A DNA stretch of 64,000 nucleotides from the human T2T-CHM13v2.0 reference genome, Homo sapiens. The translations under genes and the position numbers were made by a program. The stretch lies in NCBI RefSeq assembly GCF_009914755.1, contig NC_060938.1; one strand, written 5' to 3'. The notes under the pieces are model-generated. The model saw only the letters and a list, made by a program, of their open reading frames with translations, ran no database searches and was not told the origin of the DNA. This document shows positions 33,696-50,248 of this stretch, in pieces; within the stretch, counting starts at the first letter, position 1, and the number at the start of each line of letters is the position of its first letter.

Positions 33696-34759
33696 CATCA
33701 CTACAACAGAAGCTTCTTAAAGCAGTGCTGCCCTAGAGGAAGATGAACATGAAAGTGATTTATTAGGAACTATTCCCAGAGAAAAGACATATGGGAGAAA
33801 GTAGGAGTAGAAAGGGGCCAAGTAAGGGTACAACATCAAGCCAAGTCCCATGGAAGGCAATTTTGATACATTCCCTCAGAGGGCTTGGGGAACATCATAG
33901 GTCACACCTCAGTCATCCAGTGAGAGGGCAAAAGAGCTAGAGTATGTCTATCCCCACCCCCATCAGTCATTGGTTAAAGGCATGAGGGGAGGGAAGGGAC
34001 ATAAATTCCCAGGCACTTCTGGCTCTCTTGTACCTTCCAACAGTATGCTGGCTTTTGGGAAAGAATGCACACTGGGATTCAACTGGTCTACACAGAGATA
34101 GCAGAGGGATCCCAGGTGACGTAGGTGGAGCAGGAACAGCTTCTGCTACAAACACCCTAACCATAGGTGATGAATTGTGGTATTTTCTATTCTGATTTTT
34201 TAAATTGCTGGTCATCCATTTTAATCTCAATCCAGCCACTTTTAGGTGTTATTTAAACTGCCTGAGGCATTTTCCTCATTTCTAAAATGGGAATATCAAC
34301 TTTGCTCATTGTGGTGAAAATTAAAAATGACATAGATACCCCTATGTCTATGGGATAACAGTAGGTATTCAACGTGTAGCCATTATGATTAATAAATGTG
34401 TCCTCAAAATGCCTCAAAAGAGTAACATGAAAATTTCTTTATCCTCTTAACTGTGCTCAAGACACGCATGCATAAAAACACCAGTGGTGGAGCATGAGTT
34501 CCTTCGCAGAGACACGATGCAAATGTGCACAAATATTTACCACCTCCATGACTTTGTTCTTTATTCCCTTTGCCCAACGTAGTGCTCGTCATTCAAGCTT
34601 CACCTTAAATGTCCCTCTTTCATGAAGCTTTTTCAGACCCCAACTAAAAATACTCTCTCCCACCTCTGAACTGCCATACTCTTCTATTTGAAGTTATTTT
34701 ATGGCAATTTTAGCACTTTCTTTTTCCTCTTTGCAATATCTATTAAAATCCTGACTTGG

Positions 34760-35850
34760 GAACAGACAGACAAATCAATAAAATGAACTAGAGTCCAGAA
34801 ATAGGCTCAAATACATATGGTAATGATAAAGAAACCAAGGCATGGAAGAGTTACTCAGACAGTGCTGAGACAACTGGTTAACCATTTGGGAAAAAAACTA
34901 ACCCGGATTTCTATCTCACTTCCCACACAAGCACAAATATCAGATGGCCAAAAGATTTAAACATACATACACACACATTGAATAACTACAGGAAATCTTA
35001 TAATTGAATATCTTATACTTTTGGAGTAAGAAAGGCCTTTCTAATCATGACACAAAACTCAGAAGCCATAAACAAAAAACTAAATAAATTTATTCCATAA
35101 AGATTTTAAACTTCTACAATTCATTAAAAAGACATAAATTCAAAAGTCAAAATGGTAAAAATATTCACAACATATGACAATCAAATGGTTAATTTCCTTT
35201 TATAAAGAGTTTATAGGAATAAATGAGAAAGAAGTAAACCCAAATAAAAGTAGACAAAGGTCATGAGCAGTTCATTTAAAAAGAAATACAAATATCTATA
35301 AACATACGAAAAGATAATCACCTTAATATCATTAATAATTAATATTTTCTCCCACATCAGCAAAAATCTGCATGTTTGTTAAAGCTGAGTGTTTTAAGGG
35401 TGTGATGAAATGGACACCATTACACAGGACTGCCTTTCAGGAAGGTTCTCTGCCACTGGAAAAGGGTACAGCTTTTCTAGAGGGCAATAGGTGATTTCTA
35501 TTAAAATATCAAAGACACACTCCTTGCCCTTGTACTTCAACTATTTATCTGGGCTTAGTACAAGTTCTCCTAGCTACATGTACAAGGATGCTACTGCAAC
35601 ATCATGCCTTAGAGAAAAAGGCATAGTATATTTGGTATTGTACCAATGTCAATTTCCCAGAATTGATATTATACTACAGTTGTCACCACTGGGGGAAGAG
35701 TACTCAGGGACTCTATGTACTACTTTTGCAACTTCCTATGAGACTATAATTACTTCAAAATAAAAAGTGTTTCTTTAAAAAAATCATGGTGCATAAGTAT
35801 TTATGGTTTCTTACAAAGTATGAAAAGGTAAGGGCAATCCTTGTTTAATT
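34760..35850 (+). mobile_element. Old L1M 3' fragments
   Basis: Degenerate ORF2 end (ACAACTGGTTAACCATTTGGGAAAAAA) and L1M 3'UTR motifs. Confidence 0.6.
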
Positions 35851-35910
35851 AAATTCAAAATGAGTGAGCAGAACATATGTAACCAGAAGGACAAATCCAC
35901 CCTTCCCTTT

Positions 35911-36379
35911 TGTCAAGCACATCTGTGTGAAGAGACCACCAACAGGCTTTGTGTGAGCAACAAGGCTGTTTATTCACTTGAGTGCAAGTGGGCTGAGTCT
36001 GAAAACAGAGTCAGTGAAGGGAGATGGGGAAGGGGTTGCTTTATAGGAGTTGGGTAGGTAATGGAAAATTACAGTAAAAAGTGGTTATCTATTGTTAGCA
36101 GAGGAGGGGGTCACAAGGTACATGGTGGGGAGATGATAAGACCCATTGTCCAGAAGAAGACTGTCACAAGGTCGATTGATCAGTTAAGGTAGGACAGGGA
36201 CAGGTCACAATGGTGGAATGTTGTAATGTTGGTTAATCAGTTAAGGCAGGAACTGGCTGTTTTACTTCTTGTGTGGTTTTTCAGCTGCCCCAGACTTCTT
36301 GGCTCCTGCAGGCCATCTGGACATATATGTGCAGGTCACAGGGGTTACAATGGCTGAGCTTCGGCTCAGAGGCCTGACA
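35911..36379 (-). mobile_element. HERV-H family solo LTR (LTR7C-like)
   Basis: Minus strand TGTCAGGCCTCTGAGC...TGACA; 469 bp; TATAAA 36045-36040, AATAAA 35974-35969; 5-bp TSD CCTTT/CCTCT. Confidence 0.85.
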
Positions 36380-36685
36380 CCTCTTACTTCTGAGGGATTG
36401 CTCAAGGTAGAAGGTTAATAAATTCTTAAACTACCCCCCACTTTCACTACAGAGATTAAGAGTACAGTTCTGTCCAAGGATTTGATCTGGCCCAACAAAG
36501 AGCCTTCTTCAGAAGTGGATTAGTTTTGTCCTTTGGTGAGGCTTGTGATGGGCCTTATTTATTCGTATTGTAGGCCTCTTATACTATTCCAAAAACAAGA
36601 CAAGGGAACTGAAACCACTTTGCATAATAATGTCACCTATTATCTCCAGTGAGGCTAGTCTGGTCACCTCTGGATCAATAGTACT

Positions 36686-36981
<296 letters not shown>

Positions 36982-37419
36982 ATAGTTGTCTTTCTTATTG
37001 TGGATTTAATCTGCATTGTCCCTAAGAACTCAGAATTACTGTTGATGCTTCAAAAGGGTGTGTGTGTGTGTGTGTGTGTTCAGTTAATCCAGAAATTCCT
37101 CCCAGGAAAATAGAAGACCCCAGGAGGAGTGGGGCAACAACTCTTTATCTGCTACGGGCAGACAGATCTTCATGAAAACACACATGAACCTCCAGAACTC
37201 GATGTGCTCCACCAGCCGGCCTTAGCTTGTCAAAGCCAACCTTGGAATTTCCTGCTGAAGCCCCCATGGAATAGCTCAGCTAGCAGGAACTGTAGAATAG
37301 AGGATCCTTACTTCAGTGCATCTTGATGTTCTGAGTGAAGGAACAGCACAGACCCTCTGGGAGACCATCCCTGTGTGTTAGTGAGGTCTTGCATTGTAAA
37401 GATCTTGAAGAAAGGAGAC

Positions 37420-37825
37420 TGTGTCTGTGAGTCCTCAACAAAGCAGACACCTGATTGGAGTTAGGAGTCCAAAGGGTTTATCCGAAGTGGCACCTGTGAA
37501 AGGAAAAGGAAGGAAGCAGGATTGAGAAGAAAGTGTTAGACCATGAGATGCAGGTCTGACAAATGCCTGAGAGCTCCAAAGCAAAGAGGACCTTTAGAGA
37601 AGCCACATGTTGGGCAGAAATAGTGAGGTCCTTGACCACACTGTCCTGCTCAGTAAATGGCCAGAGCCGCCCTGAGAAGAATGTAACCTCCTTCCAGAAG
37701 CTGAAGTAGACCAGAAGGAGTTAACAGCTGGACACTCACAGCTAATCAGGCTCTCAGCAGCTGGGCCATGAGTCCTGTCTAGAAGGAAAACCTGAGCTTT
37801 GACCTGCGTCTCCACATCTGCCACA
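37420..37825 (-). mobile_element. LTR16-like ERVL LTR
   Basis: AAGCAGACACCTGA...CACCTGTGAAAGGAAAAGG, similar to the element at 5417. Confidence 0.5.
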
Positions 37826-38039
37826 GGGACTATCTCTGGAGGACAGAGGAAACCTCAGTTTTGAAAGCAGGGCTAGGAATTTGCTGGTGCCAATAAAAGA
37901 CCCAATGGGAACTTATATTAGGCATGCTATGCCTGGTGGATTTGTCCCTCTGTATTGTGATTCATTCTGCCCCCAAATCTTCAGTGAATTTCTTAGTGCC
38001 ACGGCATTGTGAGGAATAAAGAATAGGCAGCTGGGGAAG

Positions 38040-38359
38040 TGTGTGAGTCCATGTTACATTGCTATAAAGGAATACCTGAGACTGGGTAATTCATATTGAA
38101 ACAGGGTTTATTTGGCTCACAGTTCTGCAGGCTGTACAAGCACAGTACCAGCATGGAGGAGGTCCCAGGCTCCTTTTAACAACCAACTCCCACATGCACT
38201 AAAAGAGAGAGAACTCACTCATCACCAAGGGGAGGGCACCAAGCCATTCATGAGGGATCCACCCCCATGAACCAAACACCTCCCACCAAGCTCACCTCCA
38301 ATATTGGGAATCACATTTCAGCATGAGATTTGGAGGGGACAAACATCCAAACTGTATCA
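38040..38359 (-). mobile_element. MST (MaLR) solo LTR with internal deletion
   Basis: MST termini; 5-bp TSD GGAAG (38035-38039, 38360-38364). Confidence 0.82.
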
Positions 38360-40406
38360 GGAAGTATGGTATTCCCCATCTCATCCCTGCCCCAAAGCCT
38401 GCATCTCAGCATCCATGTAGAAATAATGTAAGGGCCATAATCTTGGAGTTCCCAGAAGTGGCCAGCCCCAGAGAGTGCTGAGGCCCAAGATGGAGCCACC
38501 TGCTATTTGAAAATAGACTGTGGAACTGCACAGACAAACCCCCTTCCCATACCACCCCTTCCCAAATACAGCAGAAGAAAGCAATCCTAGGCATGAGGGG
38601 AAAGAGAAGCCCATACTTGTTTTATAAGAATATTCTGCCTGCTAGGACCATGCAAATACTGGGATATTTCCAACCAGTATTCACAAACAACTGCTTAAAT
38701 ACTTGGCACTCAGTGAAAAAAACTGAAAAACCAAAAATTTGAGTAAGCTACACAACAGAGTTACAAAATTCTAGGAGTCGCTTCCAAGATGGCTGAATAG
38801 GAACAGCTCTGGTCTACAGCTCCCAGCATGATTGACACAGAAGACAGGTGATTTCTGCATTTCCAACTGAGGTGCGTGGTTCATGTCACTGAGATTGTTT
38901 GAACAGTGGGTGCAGCCCAAAAAGGGTGAGCTGAAGCAGGGCAGGGCGTCACCTCACCTGGGAAGAGCAAGGATTCAGGGGATTTCCCCTTCCCAGCCAA
39001 GGGAAGCCATGAGTGACTGTACCTGGAGAAATGGTACACTCCTGCACAAATACCGCACTTTTCCCATGGTCTTCGCAATCAGCGACCGGGAGATTCCCTC
39101 CCGTGCCTGGCTCAGCAGGTCCCATGCCCACAGAGGCTTACTCACTGCAAGTGCAGCAGTTTGAGATTAACCTGGGATGGTGGAACTTGGTGGGGGAGGG
39201 GCGTCCACCATTGCTAAGGCTTGAGTAGGTGGTTCTATGATCACAGTGTAAACAAAGCGGCAAAAAAGCTCAAACTGGGCAGAGCCCACCACAGCTCAGT
39301 AAGGCCTACTGCCTCTCTAGATTCCACCTCAGGGGGCAGGGCGTACCTGAATAAAAGGAAGTAGACAGCTTCTGCAGACTTCAACATCATTGCCTGACAC
39401 CTCAGAAGAGACCAGTGGTTCTCCCAGCATGGCATTTGAGCTCTGATAATGGACAGACTTCCTCCTCAAGTGGGTCCCTGACCCCTGTGTAACCTGATTG
39501 GGAGACACCTCCCAGTAGGGGCCGACAGACACCTCCTACAGGTGGGTGCCCCTCTGGGACAAAGCTTCCAGAAGAAGGATCAGGCAGCAATATTTGCTGT
39601 TCTGCAGCCTCCGCTAGTGATACCCAGGCAAACAGAGTCTGGAGTGGACCTCCAGCAAACTCCAAAAGACCTGCAGCTGAGAGGCCTGTCTGTTAGAAGG
39701 AAAACTAACAAACAGAAAGGAATAGCATCAACATCAACAAAAAGGACATCCACGCCAAAACCCCATCTGTATGTCACCAACACCAAAGACCAAAGGTAGA
39801 TAAAACCACAAAGATGGGAGAAACCAGAGCAGAACAGCCAAAACATCCAAAAACCAGAACAACTCTTCTCCTCCAAAGGAATACAAGTCCTGGCCATACA
39901 GGGAACAAAATTAGACAGAGAGTTGACAGAAGTAGGCTTCAGAAAGTCAGTAATAACAAACTTCTCCGAGCTAAAGGAGCATGTTCTAACCCATCGTAAG
40001 GAAGCTAAAAACCTTGAAAAAAGGTTAGACAAATGGCTAACTAGAATAACCAGTGTAGAGAAGAGCTTAAATGACCTGATGGGGCTGAAAACCACAGTAG
40101 GAGAACTTCATGAAGGATACACAAGCTTCAATAGCTGATTTGATCAAGCAGAAGAAAGGATATCAGTGATTGAAGATCAAATTAATGAAGTTAAGTGAGA
40201 AGACAAGATTAGAGACAAAAAGAGTAAAAAGGAACATTCATTCAGGAAATACAGAGAACACCACAAACATACTCCTCAAAAAGAGCAACCCCAAGACACA
40301 TAATTGTCAAATTCACCAAGGTAAAGGGAAGCCAGAGAGAAAGGTTGGGTTACTGACAAAGGGAAGCCCATCAGACTAACAGGGGACATTTCAGCAGAAA
40401 CCCTAC

Positions 40407-41279
40407 TATTGCGGGATCTGGCCAGCAGCCCGCAATGCAACAGGGCTCTCTCTTAGTTCCCAGGTGGATCAGCAGGTTGAGAAATAATAGACACACACAA
40501 GACAGTGAAAGCTGGGTCCAGGGGGTCACCGCCTTTTGGTCCCGTGGTGCCAACAACGCACTGGATATACCAGCATCTATTATTAAGTTTAGTGAGGATG
40601 GGGGTAGGTTAGTGAGGGATTTAGGGTCATTTGATTATGATGTGAGATGGTCACATGGTGATGAAGTAATTCTTTAACATAACATCTGTATGCAGAAGTA
40701 CAGTATACAGGGATAAGGATTTACAATATAGTGTGTACATCAGTAATTTCTAACAGAGCCTTAAAACAGAAACACAGTCTTTTCATAACCCATGATTAGC
40801 AAGATATTAATCAGCAGTAACAGTTGCAGCAAAAGATGGTTACGAACAATCCATAGAAACAGGACCTGAAGCTAGACAACCGGTTAGACCAGAAATTTTC
40901 AGAAGGGAGTATGCCTTAACCCTAAAGAGGCCTAGAAGAGCCATGGCAAGATGAGGGCATTTATAGCCCTATCTTATCTATATGGACAGGTGCCCCCCAT
41001 GCATCCATTTATAGGCTCTCCACAAGGGCCGCATTCCATTCCCAGAGCTATGAACATCTGCTTTTCTGGGATAGGAATCTTGGTGATGTGAAACCTCCCT
41101 GACTGCATGTCCATTCATAGGCTCTCTGCAGAGGGAAGCACATCACGTGCTGTTGGTTCATTCTGGCAGTCCAACCTGGCATTGTCTTTAGACAATCCTG
41201 CATGCAATTTTGTATTTACAATAATCAGGAGCATTTCATCTTTTATTCCATAGCAATAGTTTCAGGGGGTCTTCCTACA
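40407..41279 (-). mobile_element. ERVK-class solo LTR (MER11D/HML-7-like) nested in L1 ORF1
   Basis: Minus strand begins TGTAGGAAGACCCCCTG; 873 bp; perfect 6-bp TSD CCCTAC (40401-40406, 41280-41285); L1 resumes on both sides. Subfamily name uncertain. Confidence 0.8.
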
Positions 41280-41688
41280 CCCTACAAGCCAGAAGAGAGT
41301 CAGGACCAATATTCAACATTCTTAAATAAAAGAATTTTCAAAACAGAATTTCATATCCAGCCAAACTAAGCTTCATAAGTGAAGGAGAAATAAAATCCTT
41401 TACAGACAAGCAGATGCTGAGAGACTTTGTTGTCACCAGGCCTGACTTAGAAGAGCTCCTGAAGGTAGCACTTTACATGGAAAGGAAGAACCTTTTTGTT
41501 TTGCCACTGCAAAAAACATACCAAATTGTAAAGACCATTGATGCTATGAAGACACTGTATCAATTAATGGGTGAAATAACCAGCTAACATCATAATGACA
41601 GGATCCAATTCACATATAGCAATATCAACTTTAAATGTAAATGGGATAAATGCCCCAATTAAAAGACATAGACTGGCAAATTGGATAA

Positions 41689-42014
<326 letters not shown>

Positions 42015-43216
42015 TCAAGACCCATCAGTGTGCTGTATTCAGGAGGCCCATCACACATGCAAAGACACACATAGGCTCAAAATGAAGGGATGAAGGAAGA
42101 TCTACCAAACAAATAAAAAGTGAAAAAAAGCAGGGGTTGCAATCCTAGTCTCGGATAAAACAGAATTTAAACCAACAAAGATCAAAAGACACAAAGAAGG
42201 CCATCACATAATGGTAAAAGAATCAATTCAACAAGAAGAGCTAACTATCCTAAATATATATATGCACCCAATACAGGAGCACCCAGGTTCATAAAGAAAG
42301 TTCAAACAGACCTACAAAGAGGCTTACACTCCCACACAATAATAATGGGAAACTATAAACCCCACTTTTAATATTAGACAGACAAAAAGACAGAAAATTA
42401 ACAAGGATATCCAGGATTTGAACTCAGCTCTAGACCAAGCAGACCTAACACACATCTACAGAACTTTCCATTACAAATCAACAGAATATACATTCTTCTC
42501 AGCACCTCATCATGCTTATTCTAAAATTGACCACACAATTGGAAGTAAAACACTCCTTAGCAAATGTCAAAGAACAGAAATCACAACAAAATGTCTCTCA
42601 GACCACAGTGCAATCAAATTAGAACTCAGGATTAAGAAACTCACTCAAAACTGCACAACTGCATGGAAACTGAACAACCTGCTCCTGAATGACTACTGGG
42701 TAAATAACAAAATTAAAGCAGAAATAAAGATGTTCCTTGAAATCAATGAAAACAAAGACACAATGTACCAGAATCTCTGGGACACATTTAAAACAGTGTA
42801 TAGAGGGAAATTTATAGCACTAAATGCCCACAAGAGAAAGCAGAAAAGATCTAAAATGAACTCCATAACATCACAACTAAAAGAACTAGAGAAGCAAGAG
42901 CAAACAAATTCAAAAGCTAGCAGAAGACAAGAAATAACTAAGATCACGGCAGAACTGAAGGAGATAGAGACACAAAAGAAACCTTCAAAAAACCAATGAA
43001 TCCAGGAGCTGGTTATTTGAAAATATCAACAAAATAGATAGACCGCTGGCAAGACTAATAAGGCAGAAAAGAGAGAAAAATGAAATGGACACAATAAAAA
43101 ATGAAAAAGGGGATATCACCTCCCATCCCACAGAAATACAAACTACCATCAGAGAACACCTCTACACAAATAATCGAGAAAATCTAGAAGAAATGGATAA
43201 ATTCCTGGACACATAG

Positions 43217-43438
<222 letters not shown>

Positions 43439-43870
43439 TAGGTCAGTATCATCCTGAAAACAAAGCCTGGCAGAGACACAACAAAAAAAAAAGAGAATTT
43501 TAGGCCAATATCCCAGATGAAAATCAATGCAAAAACCCTCAATAAAATACTGGCAAAACGAATCCAGCAGCACATCAAAAAGGTTATCCACCATGATCAA
43601 GCCGACTTCATCCCTGAGATGCAAGGCTTGTTCAACATATGCAAATCAATAAACGTAATCAATCACATAAACAGAACCAATGATAAAAACCACATGATTA
43701 ATTATTTAGATACAGAAAGGCCTTCGATAAAATTGAACACCCCTTCATGCTAAAAACTCTCAATAAACTAGGTATTGATGGGATGTATCTCTAAATAATA
43801 AGAGCTATTTATGACAAAGCCACAGCCAGTATCATACTGCATGGGCAAAAACTGGAAGCATTCCCTTTGA

Positions 43871-44125
<255 letters not shown>

Positions 44126-46396
44126 TGACAAGCATTCCTATACGCCAATAACAGACAATAGAGAGCCAAATCATGAGTGAACTCCCATTCACAATTGCTA
44201 CAAAGAGAATAAAATACCTAGGAATCCAACTTACAAGGGATGTGAAGGACCTCTTCAAGGAGAAATACAGACACTGCTCGAGGAAATAAGTGAGGACACA
44301 AACAAATGGAAAAACATTCCATGCCCATGGATAGGAAGAATCAATATCGTGAAAATGGCCATACTGCCCAAAGTAATTTATAGATTCAATGCTATCCCCA
44401 TCAAGCTACCATTGACTTTCTTCACAGAATTGGAAAAAACTACTTTGAATTTTATATGGAACCAAAAAAGAGCCAATATAATGAAGACAATCCTAAGCAA
44501 AAAGAACAAAGCTGGACGCATGATGCTACCTCACTTCAAACTATACGGCAAGGCTACAGTAACCAAAACAGCATGGTACTGGTACCAAAACAGATATCTA
44601 GACCAATGGAACAGAACAGAGGCCTCAGAAACAACACCACACATCTACAACCATCTGATCTTTGACAAACCTAACAAAAACAAGCAATAAGGAAAAGATT
44701 TCCTATTTAATAAATGGTGTTGGGAAAACTGGCTAGCCATATGCAGAAAACTGAAACTGGACCCCTTCCTTACACCTTATAAAAAAATTAACTCAAGATG
44801 GATTAAAGACTTAAACATAAGACCTAAAACCATAAAAACCCTAGAGGAAAACCTAGGACATACCATTCAGGACATAGGCATGAGCAAAGACTTCACGACT
44901 AAAATACCCAAAGCAACAGCAAAAAAAGCCAGAATAGACAAATGGGACTTAATTAAACTAAAGAGCTTCTGTACACCAAAAGAAACTATAATTAGAGTGA
45001 ACAGAGAACCTACAGAATGTGAGAAAATTTTTGCAATCTATCTATCTGACAAAGGGCTAATATCCAGAATGTACAAAAAACTTAAATTTACAAGAAAAAA
45101 AAACCATCAAAAAGTGGGCTAAGAATGTGAACAGATACTTCTCAAAAGAAAACATTTATGCAGCCAAGAAACATGAAAAAATGCTCATCATCACTGCTCA
45201 TTAGAAAAATGCAAATCAAAACCACAATGAGATACCATCTCACACCAGTTAGAATGGCAATCATTAAAATGTCAGGAAACAACAGATGCTGGAGAGGATG
45301 TGGAGAAATAGGAACGCTTTTATACTGTTGGTGGGAGTGTAAATTAGTTCAACCATTGTGGAAGACAGTGTGGCCATTCCACAAGGATCTAGAACTACAA
45401 ATACCATTTGACCCAGCAATCCCATTACAGGGTATATATCCAAAGGATTATAAATCATTCTACTATAAAGACACATGCATATATATGTTTATTGCAGCAC
45501 TGTTCACAATAGAAAAACCTTGGACCAACCCAAATGCCCATCAATGATAGACTGGAAAAAGAAAATGTGGCACATATACACCATGGAATATTATGCAGCC
45601 ATAAAAAATGATGAGTTCATGTCCTTTGCAAAGACCTGGATGAAGCTGGAAACCGTCATTCTCAGCAAACTAATGAAAGAACAGAAAACCAAACACTGCA
45701 CGTTCTCACTCATAAGTGGAAGTTGAACAATGAGAACACATGGACACAGGGAGGGCAATATCACACACCATGGCCTTTTCAGGGGGGTGGGGGGCTAGGG
45801 GAGGGATAGCATTAGGAGAAATACTTAATGTAGATGATGGGTTGATGGGTGCAGAAAACCACCATGGCACATGTACACTTGTGTAACAAACCTGCACATT
45901 CTGCAAGTGTATCTCAGAACTTAAAGTATAATTATTTAAAAAAAGAAATTAAAAAGTGGGGATTGGAGCATAGAAGAAAGAAAAGAAAAGAAATTTGAAG
46001 GACAGTATGTATAGTGTCATTTCAATTGTGGAAAAAATTTTTAAAAGAAAAATGCATGTAAATGTACAGGAAACTTCTGGAAGGATACACAAAGCCAAGA
46101 GCTATATGGGAAGAAGGTAAAAGAACCATAGGGAAGAGTTACCTTTTACTTTTCAAATAATTTTCTGTCCCTTTTTAAAATAATGTGTTATTTATATAAT
46201 TTAATGAGTAGATGTGTTGATTTGAAAAACACACTGATCCTGAAAGTTTAAATTCCAGTTGAGAGAAAATTGATTTCTATGAAAACTATGGATTGCCCAA
46301 CAATGCCAGAAAACTGAAGTGTAACTATGCAACACACACAGTGGTCAAGGTTGTCATCAGTCACTCTGATTTCACATAGAGAATTTAAAACACCTA

Positions 46397-47138
<742 letters not shown>

Positions 47139-47502
47139 TTAAAACACCCATTTCACCAGACTAAAAATATTCAATAAAATTTATAAAAAGCACTTAACGC
47201 TTGCCAGCATTTAGTAAGGAAGTGCTCAATAAATACTGTTAACACTCTTACTATTACTTTCTCTGCTTGGTAGTTGTCCTAACCCCACACCAGCCCTCCC
47301 ACATTGCCTAATTCTGACTTGTGTCAGTGATGCAGGACTCGACTCAATCTAGGACAGCTATTGCAAAACGCAAGACTTAAATTCCACCCCAGGTGAAATC
47401 TCTTCTGGACCGCAGGCAGCCCTTGAAAAGGATGGGAGTAGTGCCCTCACTCATGAAGGCATTTGTCCCTCAAGATAGGCAGATGTTACCACCTCCATGT
47501 AA

Positions 47503-47900
<398 letters not shown>

Positions 47901-50120
47901 CAAGATTTCCTGTTCTTATCTCCAATAAGCGAGCTTGATGAGGAGTAGTGCTAGAGAGTCCCATACTTCTTGACTTCCTTCCATCCTTTTCTGCTCACAG
48001 GCCCCCTCCCTAATGTCCCCTGTGCTCTCCACAAAAGAAATAGTGCTAGAGGCCAAATAGCAACCCTGCCCACACAAGGAAGGGCCATGTAATGTTCACC
48101 AAGCACCCAAGCCACAATTCTCTCTTCCCAGAATCCTTTGCTCTTTGAAGTGTAGTCTTCCTCACCTTCCTGCCAACCTCAGCCCCTGAGTCCACCTGTC
48201 TACCTCTGAAGAGAAGGGAAAGAGAGATCAAACGCCCCCTGCAGGCCTGTCCCTTTGAACCAAGCCCTGAGAACCCCCGCAGCCGTCCTCCTGTGTACCC
48301 TCCCCCAGCCGCACACACAGATGGAGAGCCCTGGGAAGGGTTCCCACAGTGCGTTAGCTCCAAACAGTGCAAGAGGACAAGCAGTGTGGCGCTTCCAGCC
48401 TCTGTCAATAATTCATGAGGCTCAGACTGAGGAGCACCAGTCAGAGTCAGCCTTCCCTGGACATGGGGAAAATTATACTGAAGCTCTCCTGTCTCATCGG
48501 GATCTGCTGAGTAGCAAAGCAGAGTATTGCAGCTGTAACTTCTTGGCTGAGGAAAACACTAGAATTCCAGTGCAGGCCGTTCTATTACTTGCTCACCATA
48601 CACCCCCTTTTGAATGTTGAAACCCTTTTTCAGCTGCTCAGCTTACCTGCACATATACTAAATGAATCTTGAGCAAACATGAATTCTATTCAAAAGTCAT
48701 GCCTAGAACTGGATTTCACAAACCAGGATTCTTTCCCCTTTAATTGTAGGGACTGGCATAAGGCTGCCAAACTGGTGATTTCACCAATAACACATCTCTA
48801 AACCTACCCATCTGCTTTCATCATCTTTTCTAAAAGAAAACACTAACACACACACACACACACAAAAAGAAGCAAACGTATACTCCACAATAAAGGACTG
48901 TTAAATAAGCTTAGCTTTATGAAACTCACTGTAATTGTTTCCTTTTCTCATTTTGCCTTGAACTAGTGAAAACGCTGCCATGAACCAGCACTGCTTCTCA
49001 GTCTGGCTTTGGAGGCCAGTGGGTTAAACCAATTCAGATGCTTGCATTTGGGTCTGTTGGGGCCTTTCTACACTGTACCATAAGCCATCCAGATTTCTTC
49101 ATTCTCCCGGAAACCCAGGAGGGAGATCATTTCAGCCCACTTGGCAGAAGTGCAGACTGAAGTCTTGGACACAGAATTTATAGCTGGCAAGGACTTTATT
49201 CATCATCCATACCCTCAGTAATTTACAGATGAAGAGTCTGGCCCAGGGCACCAATAATAATCACTACATGGTGGCAGTAACTACTATGTGCTTAGTAGCT
49301 TACAGTTCATAAAGAGATTTTGCATTCAACAAATATTTATTGAACTAAGATGGCGGCTAAGACCTGGGGACAGAGTGGTTAGGGAGAACTTGAGTGCCCC
49401 GAGTTCTTTGCATTTCCACCACTGCTTGAGGGACTGTCCAGCCTCCTCGCTACCACTTAGCCCCTGTAAAGGAGGAAGTCCCTTTGTCAACGGACATGAG
49501 AATGCTGTTTGGCCAATGACCATAGTCTGCCCTCCAGGGCCCGTGAAGATGGAAGAGACCTTGGGCAGAGTGAAGGGCAGTGCCAGGCCTGGCGCAGCTA
49601 CTCCCTATCACGTCTCTCTCCCAGGCTCTTCCAGCCTCACCTGGTGGACTCCATGGCGACCACAGGCCTCACCTCCATGGGCAGTCTCAAAACATTTGCC
49701 CTCCTGTGGGCTGTCACACACATAGACCCAGACTTTCTTGGAGAAGGAATTCTGAAGAAGCAAAAGCAACCAACTCAAAACCCCCACTTCCCAGAGAAGA
49801 AAAGGTGGGCAAGCAGATGCAGAAAGGCAGCAGCCAAAGCCTGCGGGTTCCTGCAAGGGCCAGGGGAGGGGCGAGCCCTACAGGCAACTTGAACGGAGAG
49901 CTCACCCGCCAGCCCGGAAAGGCAAGCCCCAGTCAGGCGGAAGGTAGATGGTGGAGGGGCGCCGCGGCGGATGGAGGTGCCCAGGGCCACAGACCGCTCA
50001 CAGCGGTACCGGGGCGGGGAGCAGGGCGGGCAGGGAATCGGCCCGCCCTTCGTCCTGCCCCTCGCCCTACTCTGTCACCGCCCCTGGGAAGAGTGGAACC
50101 CATACTTGCTGGTCTGATCC

Positions 50121-50248
50121 ATGCACAAGGCGGGGCTGCTAGGCCTCTGTGCCCGGGCTTGGAATTCGGTGCGGATGGCCAGCTCCGGGATGACCCGCCG
50201 GGACCCGCTCGCAAATAAGGTGGCCCTGGTAACGGCCTCCACCGACGG
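50121..50248 (+). CDS. DHRS4: DHRS4 coding exon 1 ([43 protein letters not shown])
   Basis: ATG 50121; 128 nt; donor GG|GTGAGT. Translation matches the DHRS4 N-terminus and starts the cofactor motif TASTDGIG. The MHKAG start and ANKV fit DHRS4 rather than DHRS4L2 as I recall the paralogues. Confidence 0.96.

Noticed and set aside
49580-50218. 212-aa ORF over the promoter
   Set aside because: GTG start, GC-rich stop-poor region, low-complexity product, out of frame with DHRS4.
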